The notes below the pieces were generated by a model. It did not search any database. It was not told the origin of the DNA and saw only the letters and a program-made list of their open reading frames with translations. This document shows positions 9,928-20,031 of a stretch of DNA of 64,000 nt, piece after piece. Position 1 is the first letter of the stretch, and every line of letters starts with the position of its first letter. Made by a program: the position numbers and the translations under genes. This DNA comes from an uncultured Flavobacteriaceae bacterium (GTDB taxonomy: Bacteria; Bacteroidota; Bacteroidia; Flavobacteriales; Flavobacteriaceae), in the NCBI GenBank assembly GCA_963793275.1, contig CAWBZL010000002.1, positions 101,590-165,589 of the forward strand, given 5' to 3'.

Positions 9928-10422
9928 TTATCGTAACGGAAACCCCTTCGCAGCCCACCAGGGATGAATCTCGATAACCAATCTGCCGGCTTTCACCATA
10001 GGATCGCTATTGGCAAGACTATCTGCCATTTTTAAGGTGGGTACGTTGTAGATGGTTACACCACGAATCTCGCCATCGTCTCCAAATGGGCCGGATATAT
10101 CTGCATATCCATTAGCATACATTTTTCCTAAATGCTCTAAATGTAATTTTTGAAGACTATCTGCTTCAACTTTATTTTGACTCCGGTTAGGACCTGCTTT
10201 TAGAAATGCCATATAATATTGTTGCATCACAACGGTATCTCCGGAGTCCGGATCAACATAATCAAAGATTTGATAGCCATCTTTGGTGAGTTGTTCTTTT
10301 AAGGCAGCAACCGATGGTTTTTCATCTTCCGGACAAGGTTCCATAATATACTCTCGGTGGATTTGTGGTTTGCAAGCAATTGTCATTACGGATATGGTTA
10401 GTACTAAGAAAAAGTTTTTCAT
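9928..10422 (-). CDS. lipoprotein with YciI-like C-terminal domain (tentative)
   Basis: MKNFFLVLTISVMTIAC lipobox (start moved to Met18). The C-terminal part resembles the YciI family by pattern. Confidence 0.45.
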   Translation of the reverse strand: MKNFFLVLTISVMTIACKPQIHREYIMEPCPEDEKPSVAALKEQLTKDGYQIFDYVDPDSGDTVVMQQYYMAFLKAGPNRSQNKVEADSLQKLHLEHLGKMYANGYADISGPFGDDGEIRGVTIYNVPTLKMADSLANSDPMVKAGRLVIEIHPWWAAKGFPLR

Positions 10423-10466
10423 GAGTTTTATTTTTTGGACACTAAATCTGAAAGGGTCGTGTAAAT

Positions 10467-10934
10467 TTACCAATTTTTAAATGGGTTTTTACTTAATTGT
10501 GAGTTGTAATATCTGGTATTTCCTGTCACTTCTTTTCCAAGCCACGTTGGTTTTGCAAAGATTTCATTTTCTTCAGAAAGTTCTACTTCGGCAATAGTTA
10601 ACCCCTCATTATTTCCGTAGAATTCGTCTATCTCGAACGTATGATTTTTCACTTTTACTTCGTAGCGGGTTTTTTCAATAACCCCGTCTTCGCAAAGTTT
10701 AAGTAATGATTCGGCTTCACTGAGGTTAATTTCCCGTTCCCATTCAAAACGGGTGGTACCTTCTTTATTAGACTTTCCTTTTACGGTTATAAATCCTTTC
10801 TCGTCTTTAATTCTTACACGCACGGTACGTTCCGGGTGGGTGTTTAAAAAGCCCTGTACGATTCTTTTTTTAGAAAAGGGGTCTGATTTGTAGGCTTCGG
10901 AAGTGACTAAGAATTTTCGTTCAATTTCAAACAT
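10467..10934 (-). CDS. CYTH-domain protein (CyaB/thiamine triphosphatase-like)
   Basis: N-terminal EIERKFLV signature of CYTH domains. Confidence 0.8.
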   Translation of the reverse strand: MFEIERKFLVTSEAYKSDPFSKKRIVQGFLNTHPERTVRVRIKDEKGFITVKGKSNKEGTTRFEWEREINLSEAESLLKLCEDGVIEKTRYEVKVKNHTFEIDEFYGNNEGLTIAEVELSEENEIFAKPTWLGKEVTGNTRYYNSQLSKNPFKNW

Positions 10935-11577
10935 TGGCTATTTCTTTTATTTCATCGGAAGGAATACGTTGTTTTTTATATCCGTTTTCAGCTACCGTTA
11001 ACATTGCTTTTGCAATCGTTTCAGGTTCAATAATTTTATATTTCTCCGGAATAATAAAACTGAACGCTCCCATAAAAAACTGCGCCATGCGTTCTCCAAA
11101 TCGGTTTTCATTTCTATCACCGCCAATCAATGAAGGTTGAAAAATATAGCTATTTTCTATGTTTTCAGCTAACACATCTTGCTCCATTTCTCCTTTGGTT
11201 TTATTATAAAACGTGTTACTTTGCGGGTCTGCTCCCATAGCTGAAATTACCTGAAACATAGCAATCCCGTTGTGTTTTGCCAATTTTGCGGCGTCTACAG
11301 GAATACCATAATCTATCTTTCGGTATTTTTCCTTATCTGGTGTTTTCGCTTTTGTCGTTCCAATACAACAGAAAACTATATCGCCGGTAAAATTTTCAGT
11401 AAACTGTTTTAAGTTAAACAGATCGCCTAAGTATTCTTCAATTTTAGGGTGTGAAATATCGCAGGAACTTCGGCTAAACAATTTAATTTTTTTAAAGCGG
11501 GCATCTTTTAATAAATACTCGAGTAATTTTCCGCCTACCAATCCGGTGGCTCCTAATAGTATTGCTGTTTTTGGCAT
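10927..11577 (-). CDS. NAD(P)H-binding Rossmann-fold oxidoreductase (HTATIP2/atypical SDR-like)
   Basis: N-terminal ILLGATGLVGG dinucleotide-binding motif. Confidence 0.7.
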   Translation of the reverse strand: MPKTAILLGATGLVGGKLLEYLLKDARFKKIKLFSRSSCDISHPKIEEYLGDLFNLKQFTENFTGDIVFCCIGTTKAKTPDKEKYRKIDYGIPVDAAKLAKHNGIAMFQVISAMGADPQSNTFYNKTKGEMEQDVLAENIENSYIFQPSLIGGDRNENRFGERMAQFFMGAFSFIIPEKYKIIEPETIAKAMLTVAENGYKKQRIPSDEIKEIANV

Positions 11578-11749
11578 GGGTATCTTTTAAGATGCTGGCT
11601 AACATGTAAATTAGAATTTTAAAGTATCGCAGTTGAAGTTTAAAGATATTATAATTTATATAGTTTTAGACCGCGCTCAAATTGACAGATTAAGGTTTAT
11701 TACTTTTAGACAGCATGTTGATTACGCATAAAGGTATTAAATTTACAGG

Positions 11750-12880
11750 ATGGAAACCGATCTTCCGCTTCGGAAAATAATACACGTAGATATGGATGCC
11801 TTTTATGCTTCGGTGGAGCAATTGGACGATCCTTCCCTGGTTGGTAAACCTATTGCCGTAGGTGGTGGTGGCACCCGTGGTGTAGTTAGTGCCGCAAGTT
11901 ACGAAGCTAGGAAGTTTGGCGTGCGATCTGCTATGAGTGGGCGGTTAGCTATAAAATTATGTCCGGAGCTCATCTTTGTGCGCACTAATTTTGAGCGGTA
12001 CCGGGAAATTTCAGAAAAAATAAGAAAGGTATTTTTCGAATTTACAGACCTGGTGGAACCACTTTCGCTGGATGAAGCCTATCTGGATGTAACTGAAAAC
12101 AAGAAAGGAAACCCAAGTGCTTCCTTAATTGCCTTGGAAATACGCCAAAAAATAAAAGAACGCACGGGTTTAAATGCTTCCGCAGGAATTAGCATTAATA
12201 AATTTATTGCGAAAGTAGCCAGTGACATTAACAAACCGAACGGTCAAAAAACAGTTCCGCCGGAAGAGGTGCTGGCATTTCTTGAACAACTGGATATTAA
12301 AAAGTTTTACGGTGTGGGCAAAGTGATGAAAGAAAAAATGTACCGTCACGGAATTTATACGGGAGCCGATTTAAAGAAAAAAAGCTTTGACTATTTAGAA
12401 GAAAACTTTGGAAAAAGCGGGAGTTACTACTATAATATTGTGCGTGGCATACATAACAGCCAGGTAAAAGCAGAACGTACCCGCAAATCACTCGCGGCGG
12501 AAAGGACCTTTAGTGAAAATATTTCTTCTGAAATTTTTATGCTGGAACGCCTGGAAAATATCGCCGAGGAAGTAGCCAAACGACTCAAAAAAAGCAAGGT
12601 CGCCGGCCGAACCATTACGCTAAAAATTAAATATAGCGACTTCACCCTGCAAACCCGCAGTAAAACACTCCCTTTTTATATCGCCACCAAAGAGTTAATA
12701 CTGGATAACGTTAAAGATTTGTTATACCAAGACGAAATGAGGGAGTCTGTACGTTTATTAGGTATAAGCCTGAGTAATCTGAATAACGAAAGCTCTAAAA
12801 AAAAGAGAACATTTCAGAAGAAACCATTGACGTACAACTTAAACTCGACTTCTAATTTATGTAACAAATTACTTTTTTGA
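11750..12880 (+). CDS. dinB: DNA polymerase IV, with the C-terminal tail out of its expected frame after an A8 run
   Basis: Y-family motifs (IHVDMDAFYASVE, SLDEAYLDVT). The last 25 aa look non-native. The alternative frame after 12797-12804 ends in VQLKLDF* at 12855. Confidence 0.9.
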   Translation: METDLPLRKIIHVDMDAFYASVEQLDDPSLVGKPIAVGGGGTRGVVSAASYEARKFGVRSAMSGRLAIKLCPELIFVRTNFERYREISEKIRKVFFEFTDLVEPLSLDEAYLDVTENKKGNPSASLIALEIRQKIKERTGLNASAGISINKFIAKVASDINKPNGQKTVPPEEVLAFLEQLDIKKFYGVGKVMKEKMYRHGIYTGADLKKKSFDYLEENFGKSGSYYYNIVRGIHNSQVKAERTRKSLAAERTFSENISSEIFMLERLENIAEEVAKRLKKSKVAGRTITLKIKYSDFTLQTRSKTLPFYIATKELILDNVKDLLYQDEMRESVRLLGISLSNLNNESSKKKRTFQKKPLTYNLNSTSNLCNKLLF

Positions 12881-12909
12881 ATCTAATAATTAATTAAAAC
12901 CACTTTATT

Positions 12910-13680
12910 ATGAAAAAAGTAGCATTTACCGTCGTAGCCCTAACTTTTGCAACCCTTTTTATGGCTTGTAAAAACGAAACTTCTGAAACTGAAACTACAC
13001 CAACAAACCTCGATCTGGCTGTAGCAGACACCAACCCCAATATTGAAACAGGTTATTTATACGTTACCGCACCCAGTGGCTTGACACTTCGTGAATTCAA
13101 TAACCTAAATAGTGAAAAACTAGCCGTAATGCCTTACGGAACCAAGCTTAAAATCCTTGCAAACGAGCAAAATAACACCATGACCGTTGGAGGAATTAAT
13201 GGCGGTATGAACGAGGTGGAGTACAATAATAAAACAGGATTTGCTTTTAATGGGTTCCTTTCAAAATTCTTCCCGCCGGAAAAAGGGACTAACGCCAAAA
13301 TGTATGTAGAAGATCTAAAAGCTACCTTCCCAACAGCGTCCTACGCCGAAACTACAGGAGGTACAGCAAGTAGCCCTACAAGTACTGAGACGGTTGTGTT
13401 GCCTACCAAGGAGTGGCACGAAGCGTTCTATATTGCTCAAAAACTATACGGTATTCCAATGGCTTTTAATTTTCCAAACCCTAAAGGAAAGGATGCCGAA
13501 ACCATCATAAACAGTAAAAAACCAGAGCAGTTAGTGGCCAGTGACCTGTTGCTGGAAAGAAAAGATAATCAATTTCAGAAAATCACGTACAGCCAGGCTG
13601 CCGAAGGTTTTGGAAGTGGTGTTACCATTACCAAAGAAGGTGAAATGATGAAGATTGAATATACTACCGTTGTGGACTAA
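12910..13680 (+). CDS. hypothetical lipoprotein, possible SH3b-like domain
   Basis: Lipobox LFMAC. GYLYVTAPSGLTLRE...GTKLKIL resembles bacterial SH3. Confidence 0.55.
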   Translation: MKKVAFTVVALTFATLFMACKNETSETETTPTNLDLAVADTNPNIETGYLYVTAPSGLTLREFNNLNSEKLAVMPYGTKLKILANEQNNTMTVGGINGGMNEVEYNNKTGFAFNGFLSKFFPPEKGTNAKMYVEDLKATFPTASYAETTGGTASSPTSTETVVLPTKEWHEAFYIAQKLYGIPMAFNFPNPKGKDAETIINSKKPEQLVASDLLLERKDNQFQKITYSQAAEGFGSGVTITKEGEMMKIEYTTVVD

Positions 13681-13719
13681 ACCCCATTCGGGATAAATTC
13701 TAAACCTAGTAGGGCTTCA

Positions 13720-13740
13720 AAACCTTGATAGGTTTTTTTT
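13720..13740 (+). terminator. Rho-independent terminator
   Basis: AAACCT-tgat-AGGTTT followed by a T run (13733-13740). Confidence 0.55.
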
Positions 13741-13794
13741 ATATCTTTAGATATTGAAGCTCCTCAATCTTTCAATTTCTAAAAATAGGTTATT

Positions 13795-14982
13795 ATGAAA
13801 ATTTTTTTACCAGTACTCGGGTTGTTTATTTATAGTAGTGTTATTTCTCAAATCACTTTAATTCCTGATGAGAATTTTGAGGGCTTCTTACTTTCAGAAG
13901 GAATTGATACAGACGGCGCCTTAAACGGACAAGTAAGCACCGTGGATATTGAAACTGTGATCGAGTTATACGCATCGAATGAAAATATTGAAGATTTTAC
14001 CGGTATTGAAGATTTTGCTGCCTTGGAAATATTAGATTGTTCTGAAAATTCTGGTTTGGAAAGTATCAATTTGAGTACTAACACCATGCTTAAAGAATTT
14101 TATGCGGAGTTTACGTCGCTTTCAACCCTGGATATTTCAACAAATAGTAGTTTACAGATTTTATATATTCCTCATAATAATTTAACCACATTAACACTGG
14201 AGAATAATCCGGCACTAGAAGCACTTGTTTGCGGTAATCCAATGCAGGATGTTGGTCCGTTTAACGAAATTACCAGCATAGATTTAGCTGGCGCTCCCAA
14301 TCTTTTATTTCTGGATGTTTCCTACATGTTTATTAATGTTGATTTTGATTTAACCTTGCTACCTCTCTTAGAAAATTTTTATGGTGCTTACTCCGGACTT
14401 GAAAGTTTAGATTTTTCAAACAACCAAAATCTCGAAGTACTCGATTTGGGGGGTTTTGAGACAGGTTTAGTCTTTGGTCAAAGCAATAATCTTACCGAGC
14501 TGAACCTTTCCAATAATCCCAACCTTACAGATGTGAATGTAGGGTTTACGGGGATAAGTTCACTAAATTTAAGAAATGGTAACAACACTATATTAACTGA
14601 AATGCGCGCAAACCTGAACGACCCGCTATTTTGCATTCAAGTAGATGACGAAACTGCTGCAAATAATGGAGATGTACCTTATGGAGATTGGAATGTAGAT
14701 GCACAGGCAACCTATTCTGAAGAGTGTATTTTGGGAATAGAAGAAAATAAATTAGCATTATTTACCCTATATCCTAACCCAACATCTCAACACTTGAGAA
14801 TAGAATCCTCCAGCAACATGATGCTACAAGGAATTCAAATCTATTCGGTTGAAGGACAATTATTATTGGAGCCAAATTTTAATAACGGTAGTATGGATGT
14901 TTCTGAATTAGCTTCCGGCTTTTATATACTGAAAGCTCAATTTGACGAAAGTGTTTCAAGCCAGACCTTTATAAAGAAATAA
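13795..14982 (+). CDS. leucine-rich-repeat protein with T9SS C-terminal sorting domain
   Basis: Repeated LxxLxLxxN units. C-terminal LYPNPTSQHLRIE...GFYILKAQ resembles the Por secretion tail. Confidence 0.75.
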   Translation: MKIFLPVLGLFIYSSVISQITLIPDENFEGFLLSEGIDTDGALNGQVSTVDIETVIELYASNENIEDFTGIEDFAALEILDCSENSGLESINLSTNTMLKEFYAEFTSLSTLDISTNSSLQILYIPHNNLTTLTLENNPALEALVCGNPMQDVGPFNEITSIDLAGAPNLLFLDVSYMFINVDFDLTLLPLLENFYGAYSGLESLDFSNNQNLEVLDLGGFETGLVFGQSNNLTELNLSNNPNLTDVNVGFTGISSLNLRNGNNTILTEMRANLNDPLFCIQVDDETAANNGDVPYGDWNVDAQATYSEECILGIEENKLALFTLYPNPTSQHLRIESSSNMMLQGIQIYSVEGQLLLEPNFNNGSMDVSELASGFYILKAQFDESVSSQTFIKK

Positions 14983-16413
14983 CTACTTCACTAAACTCAC
15001 CCGCAAGGTATTCACCATCCCTTTATCTGCAATAGGCATGGCGGCCAGGTTAATTAGATAATCTCCTTTTTCTACAAAGCCTCGTTCGTGGGCGATACGG
15101 TTTACATCGTCTACAGTTTCGTCTGTACTTACAAACTTGTCGTAATAAAAAGATTTTACACCCCATAACAGGTTAAGACGCGATAAAATTCTGCGGTTGC
15201 TGGTGTACACCAAAATATGCGCATCTGGTCTCCAGGCCGAAATTTGAAACGCCGTATACCCGCTATTTGTTAACGTGCAAATAGCTTTGGCTGAAATTTC
15301 ATTCGCCATACTCGCTGCATGATAACAAACCGATTTGGTAATATATCTATTTGTACGAATATGTGGTGGCTCCTGCGGCACGTTAATGAGGGTGGAGTTT
15401 TCTACGCTCTTACAAATTTTGGTCATGGTTTTAATAACATCAACAGGATATTGTCCAACCGAAGTTTCCCCGGAAAGCATCACCGCATCTGCGCCGTCCA
15501 TTACACTATTGGCAACATCGTTTACCTCGGCTCTGGTTGGTGTAAGTGAAGTAATCATAGTTTCCATCATTTGCGTGGCTATAATTACGGGTATTCTTGC
15601 TCTTTTAGCCGTTAGTACCAGTTCTTTTTGAATTAATGGTACTTCCTCTGCGGGAACTTCAACACCCAGATCGCCACGGGCAACCATTAAACCATCACAA
15701 TACGCCACAATTTTATCTATATTTTTAACCGCTTCAGGTTTTTCAATCTTGGCTATGATAGGGATTTTATATTCGCTGTGTGCTTCTATAATGGCCTGCA
15801 ACTCTTTTAAATCTTCTGCGTGGCGTACAAAAGAAAGCGCTATCCAGTCTACTTTCTGGCTAATGGCGAATATGGCGTCTTCAATATCTTTTTTGGTAAG
15901 CGCCGGCAACGAAATGTTGGTATTTGGCAGATTCACACCTTTGCGGGAGCGTAATGGACCACCCTGGATCACTTTTGCTTTTACTTCATTTTCATTATTA
16001 GTTTCAAGCACTTCAAACATTAATTTACCGTCGTCCAGTAAAATACGCTCGCCTACTTTTACATCTTTCGGGAAATTATCATAATTCATATACACCTTTT
16101 TGCGGGTGCCTTCAAATTCTTTTCCTGTACAAAACTTAATAGTATCTCCGGGTTGCACAACTACTTCTTCCTTCATCATTCCAACACGTAACTTTGGACC
16201 TTGTAAATCTCCTAAAATGGCGGTGGTGGTATTCATTTCTTCACCAAGATCCCTAATCATTTGTATTCTTTCTTTTACATCGTCATAATTGGCGTGCGAA
16301 AAATTAACTCTAAACACATCCACGCCCTCTTCTATCATGGCGCGTAAGGTTTCTTTGCTTGAAGTTGCTGGGCCTAGTGTGGCTACTATTTTTGTTCTTT
16401 TCTGTTTCGGCAT
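14983..16413 (-). CDS. pyk: pyruvate kinase
   Basis: Full-length match to PK family motifs (KIVATLGPA, MVARGDLGVE). Confidence 0.95.
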   Translation of the reverse strand: MPKQKRTKIVATLGPATSSKETLRAMIEEGVDVFRVNFSHANYDDVKERIQMIRDLGEEMNTTTAILGDLQGPKLRVGMMKEEVVVQPGDTIKFCTGKEFEGTRKKVYMNYDNFPKDVKVGERILLDDGKLMFEVLETNNENEVKAKVIQGGPLRSRKGVNLPNTNISLPALTKKDIEDAIFAISQKVDWIALSFVRHAEDLKELQAIIEAHSEYKIPIIAKIEKPEAVKNIDKIVAYCDGLMVARGDLGVEVPAEEVPLIQKELVLTAKRARIPVIIATQMMETMITSLTPTRAEVNDVANSVMDGADAVMLSGETSVGQYPVDVIKTMTKICKSVENSTLINVPQEPPHIRTNRYITKSVCYHAASMANEISAKAICTLTNSGYTAFQISAWRPDAHILVYTSNRRILSRLNLLWGVKSFYYDKFVSTDETVDDVNRIAHERGFVEKGDYLINLAAMPIADKGMVNTLRVSLVK

Positions 16414-16904
16414 TAGTCAAAAATTAAGTTTTCACTGGATTTTATTTCGGAAACTTCAACTTTAAAAGCTGAAATTACCTGATCTATTTCGTTTAATTGC
16501 ATCAGTAATTTCCTGATGGGTGTAGTCTCATATTCTGAAGAAATTTTCAGAAAAAAATCTACTTTTTTAAATTCCGGCAATAAGTATCTGGTCATTACTT
16601 CTTCGGTAATTTCATCTCCAAAAAGCCCGCCGCTTCCCACGGTATGTGCCGCAACTGTTTTGCATTTATTTGCAACCAGATGATAGGTGGTATACTGATT
16701 TTCATTCTCAAAGTTGAATAACGGAAATGTAATTTCCAATCCGTCTTTCGAAAAATCCAGATCTCTCCTTCTGCGGTGCAAACGTAGCTGAATGTGCTTG
16801 TTAAGTAAAAAAGCAAGTTTGTAGGCTTCCTCACTGCAGTGTATGGCAATGAGTGAAAAATCTATGCCTATATCTTCGTCTAAAATAAGTTTGTGGTTCG
16901 CCAT
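16413..16904 (-). CDS. IPExxxVDY-family protein
   Basis: LPEFKKVDF motif. Conserved position between pyk and rnc in Flavobacteriia. Start placed at MANHKL. Confidence 0.6.
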   Translation of the reverse strand: MANHKLILDEDIGIDFSLIAIHCSEEAYKLAFLLNKHIQLRLHRRRRDLDFSKDGLEITFPLFNFENENQYTTYHLVANKCKTVAAHTVGSGGLFGDEITEEVMTRYLLPEFKKVDFFLKISSEYETTPIRKLLMQLNEIDQVISAFKVEVSEIKSSENLIFD

Positions 16905-16962
16905 AGCTGGGTGAAATCGCAAGCTACTAAAGTAATGAACCTTTTTATAAGGAGTGTAAAGA

Positions 16963-17706
16963 TTAGTTTAAATCTTTTTCTATGGCCACCTGAAGCTTAA
17001 AATACGCTCGTTTGGAAGCGCGTTCTTCCGCTTTTTTCTTTGAAGTGGCTCTGGCTTTACCTACAGTTTTACCGTCCAGCTGCAACTTCACGGCAAAATG
17101 TTTTAACTCGTCGTTACCGGTATCGTCATACACCACATATTTGAACGATTTTTTATGTTTCTGGCACCATTCTATAAAGAGACTTTTGTAGCTAATAACC
17201 TTTCCCTCCAGCCTTTCTATATCTACATAAGGTTTTATCACTCTTTTATAGATAAATTTTTCGCAATACGGAAACCCTCTGTCCAGATAGATCGCTCCAA
17301 CTAAAGCTTCAAATATATTGCCATGAATATTTCCGCCAAATTGTTTGGTTGGAATATTTGTTTTAAGCAATTTAATGAGCTGAAGGTCTCGTCCTAATTC
17401 GTTTAAATGTTCTCTGCTTACTACTTTAGAGCGCATTTTGGTTAAATACCCTTCATCGCCAGACGGTACTTCTTTAAAAAGGTGTGAGGCAATTACAGAT
17501 CCCAGCATAGCATCTCCCAAAAATTCCAGTCGTTCGTAATTTTGTGGAATTCCCTGACTGTTTTTTTCGTTTAAAGAGCGGTGTGTAAAAGCTTCTTCAA
17601 AGATGGAAATGTTTTTTGGCTTAAAACCTAGAATCTTTTTTATGGCACTAAAAAACTCCCCTTCTTTACCAGAACGGGAACTAAATATTTTTGGAACAAG
17701 CGCCAT
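16963..17706 (-). CDS. rnc: ribonuclease III
   Basis: RNase III signature ERLEFLGDA plus a C-terminal dsRBD. Confidence 0.95.
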   Translation of the reverse strand: MALVPKIFSSRSGKEGEFFSAIKKILGFKPKNISIFEEAFTHRSLNEKNSQGIPQNYERLEFLGDAMLGSVIASHLFKEVPSGDEGYLTKMRSKVVSREHLNELGRDLQLIKLLKTNIPTKQFGGNIHGNIFEALVGAIYLDRGFPYCEKFIYKRVIKPYVDIERLEGKVISYKSLFIEWCQKHKKSFKYVVYDDTGNDELKHFAVKLQLDGKTVGKARATSKKKAEERASKRAYFKLQVAIEKDLN

Positions 17707-17715
17707 TAGCTAAAA

Positions 17716-18969
17716 TTAAGCGTCCAGTTTCTTGAACAGAACACAAGCATTATGCCCACCAAAACCAAAGGTGTTGCTCATAGCAACTTTAATCTCTCGT
17801 CTTTGAGCTTTGTTAAGGGTAAGATTTAAAGAGGCATCAATATTTTCGTCTACCGTAGTGTGATTTATGGTTGGAGGAACAATACCATGCTCCATTGCCA
17901 ATATTGCGGCAATAGACTCAATTGCTCCGGCAGCACCTAATAAGTGCCCCGTCATGGACTTGGTAGAATTAATGTGAATGTTTTTTGCGTGTTCACCAAA
18001 TACTTTGGTAATTGCTTTTAGTTCGGCTACATCACCAAGTGGGGTGGAGGTACCGTGGGTATTAATGTGGTCTACTTGGTTTGGGGTCATTCCCGCATCA
18101 CGTAGGCAATTAAGCATGACACGTTCTACACCAATTCCATCAGGGTGTGGAGCGGTCATGTGATACGCATCACTGGACATTCCACCACCTAAAACCTCGG
18201 CATATATTTTAGCGCCACGTGCTTTGGCGTGTTCATATTCTTCCAGAATTAAAGCTCCTGCTCCTTCGCCCAGCACAAATCCGTCGCGTGTTGCGTCAAA
18301 AGGTCTGGATGCAGTTTTAGGATCATCGTTTCTGGTAGAGAGTGCGTGCATGGCGTTAAAGCCACCCATTCCTGCCATGGTAACGGCAGCTTCACTTCCT
18401 CCCGTAACTATAACATCACAATGTCCTAAACGTATATAGTTTAAGGCATCAATCATAGCATTAGCAGAAGAAGCACACGCAGAGACCGTAGTATAGTTAG
18501 GTCCCATAAATCCGTGTTTAATAGAAATATTACCAGGAGCAATATCTGCTATCATTTTAGGAATAAAGAAGGGGTTGAAACGTGGTGTTCCATCCCCTTT
18601 TGCAAAATTTATGACTTCATTCTGAAAAGTCTCCAGGCCTCCAATTCCAGCACCCCAAATTACACCAACACGAAATTTATCTACTTCGTCAAGGTTAATT
18701 CCGGCATCTGCAATGGCTTCGTCGGAAGAGACCAGTGCATATTGTGCAAAACGGTCTAGTCTTCGGCCTTCTTTCCTGTCAAAATGGTCCTCTAAATTAA
18801 AATTCTTGAGTTCACAAGCAAATTGTGTTTTGAACTTTTCAGCATCAAAATACGTGATAGGTGCGCATCCGCTTTTGCCATTTTTAAGACCATCCCAGTA
18901 TTCTGAAATAGTGTTTCCAATGGGTGTAAGGGCTCCTAAACCGGTAACAACAACTCGCTTTAACTCCAT
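17716..18969 (-). CDS. fabF: beta-ketoacyl-ACP synthase II
   Basis: Active-site Cys context (VSACASS) and HxxxH/GHxxGAAG motifs. Confidence 0.95.
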   Translation of the reverse strand: MELKRVVVTGLGALTPIGNTISEYWDGLKNGKSGCAPITYFDAEKFKTQFACELKNFNLEDHFDRKEGRRLDRFAQYALVSSDEAIADAGINLDEVDKFRVGVIWGAGIGGLETFQNEVINFAKGDGTPRFNPFFIPKMIADIAPGNISIKHGFMGPNYTTVSACASSANAMIDALNYIRLGHCDVIVTGGSEAAVTMAGMGGFNAMHALSTRNDDPKTASRPFDATRDGFVLGEGAGALILEEYEHAKARGAKIYAEVLGGGMSSDAYHMTAPHPDGIGVERVMLNCLRDAGMTPNQVDHINTHGTSTPLGDVAELKAITKVFGEHAKNIHINSTKSMTGHLLGAAGAIESIAAILAMEHGIVPPTINHTTVDENIDASLNLTLNKAQRREIKVAMSNTFGFGGHNACVLFKKLDA

Positions 18970-18981
18970 AGAAGGCTCTTT

Positions 18982-19215
18982 TTACTTAGCTTCTTCTATA
19001 TATGAAACTGCTTGACCAACGGTCGCAATGTTCTCTGCTTGATCGTCTGGGATCTGGATGTCGAATTCTTTTTCGAATTCCATAATTAGTTCAACGGTAT
19101 CAAGGCTGTCTGCCCCTAGGTCGTTAGTGAAGCTAGCTTCGTTTACAACTTCGTTTTCGTCTACGCCTAATTTGTCTACAATTATTGCTTTTACTCTTGA
19201 TGCAATGTCTGACAT
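18982..19215 (-). CDS. acpP: acyl carrier protein
   Basis: DLGADSLD phosphopantetheine attachment motif. Confidence 0.95.
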   Translation of the reverse strand: MSDIASRVKAIIVDKLGVDENEVVNEASFTNDLGADSLDTVELIMEFEKEFDIQIPDDQAENIATVGQAVSYIEEAK

Positions 19216-19371
19216 AATGTTTTGTTTTAAAATTTAATTAAGTGGCAAAAATAAAATATTTTAATTGAAAAAGCCACTTATCGGTTAAAATGTGCTCACC
19301 AATTTAACAATTTTTGGGCGAAGTAAAACCCTATTGCCTACTTTTGTGAATTATTTATTTGATTTACTCCA

Positions 19372-19974
19372 GTGAACTCCAAAGAAACCAAGAAAGAGAA
19401 GAGGATTGTAATTTTTGCTTCGGGCAGTGGTACCAATGCCCAGAATGTTATTCAATACTTTCAGCAATCTAACGTTGCCGAGGTTGTTCACGTGCTCAGT
19501 AACAAGAAGGATGCCAAAGTTTTAGCACGTGCCAAAGCCTTACGTATACCAGCGACCAGCTTCAGTAAAACCGAATTACTTTCAGAAGAACACGTGCTGA
19601 GATTCCTCAAAAACTTGCGCCCGGATATTATAGTTCTAGCAGGTTTTTTGCTGAAATTTCCTGAAATTATTATCCGCGAGTTTTCAGATAAAATAATTAA
19701 TATTCACCCTGCTTTGTTACCAAAATATGGCGGAAAAGGAATGTACGGACACCATGTTCACGAAGCAATTGTAGCAAATAAGGAATCTGAAACAGGAATT
19801 ACCATTCATTATGTAAACGAAAATTATGATGAAGGAGGGATTATTCTTCAGAAAAAAGTTGAAGTTTTGCCTGGAGATTCCTCTGAAGCCGTAGCAAGAA
19901 AAGTACAACACTTAGAATATAAATGGCTACCGAAGGTTATTGAAGCGTTGGTTGCGGGATCTAAAATTGAATAG
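19372..19974 (+). CDS. purN: phosphoribosylglycinamide formyltransferase
   Basis: FASGSGTNA and NIHPALLP motifs. GTG start. Confidence 0.9.
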   Translation: MNSKETKKEKRIVIFASGSGTNAQNVIQYFQQSNVAEVVHVLSNKKDAKVLARAKALRIPATSFSKTELLSEEHVLRFLKNLRPDIIVLAGFLLKFPEIIIREFSDKIINIHPALLPKYGGKGMYGHHVHEAIVANKESETGITIHYVNENYDEGGIILQKKVEVLPGDSSEAVARKVQHLEYKWLPKVIEALVAGSKIE

Positions 19975-20031
19975 AACATTTTTTAAAAGCATAAATAGAA
20001 GGTGAACGTTGGAGAACAGCAAACATACATT

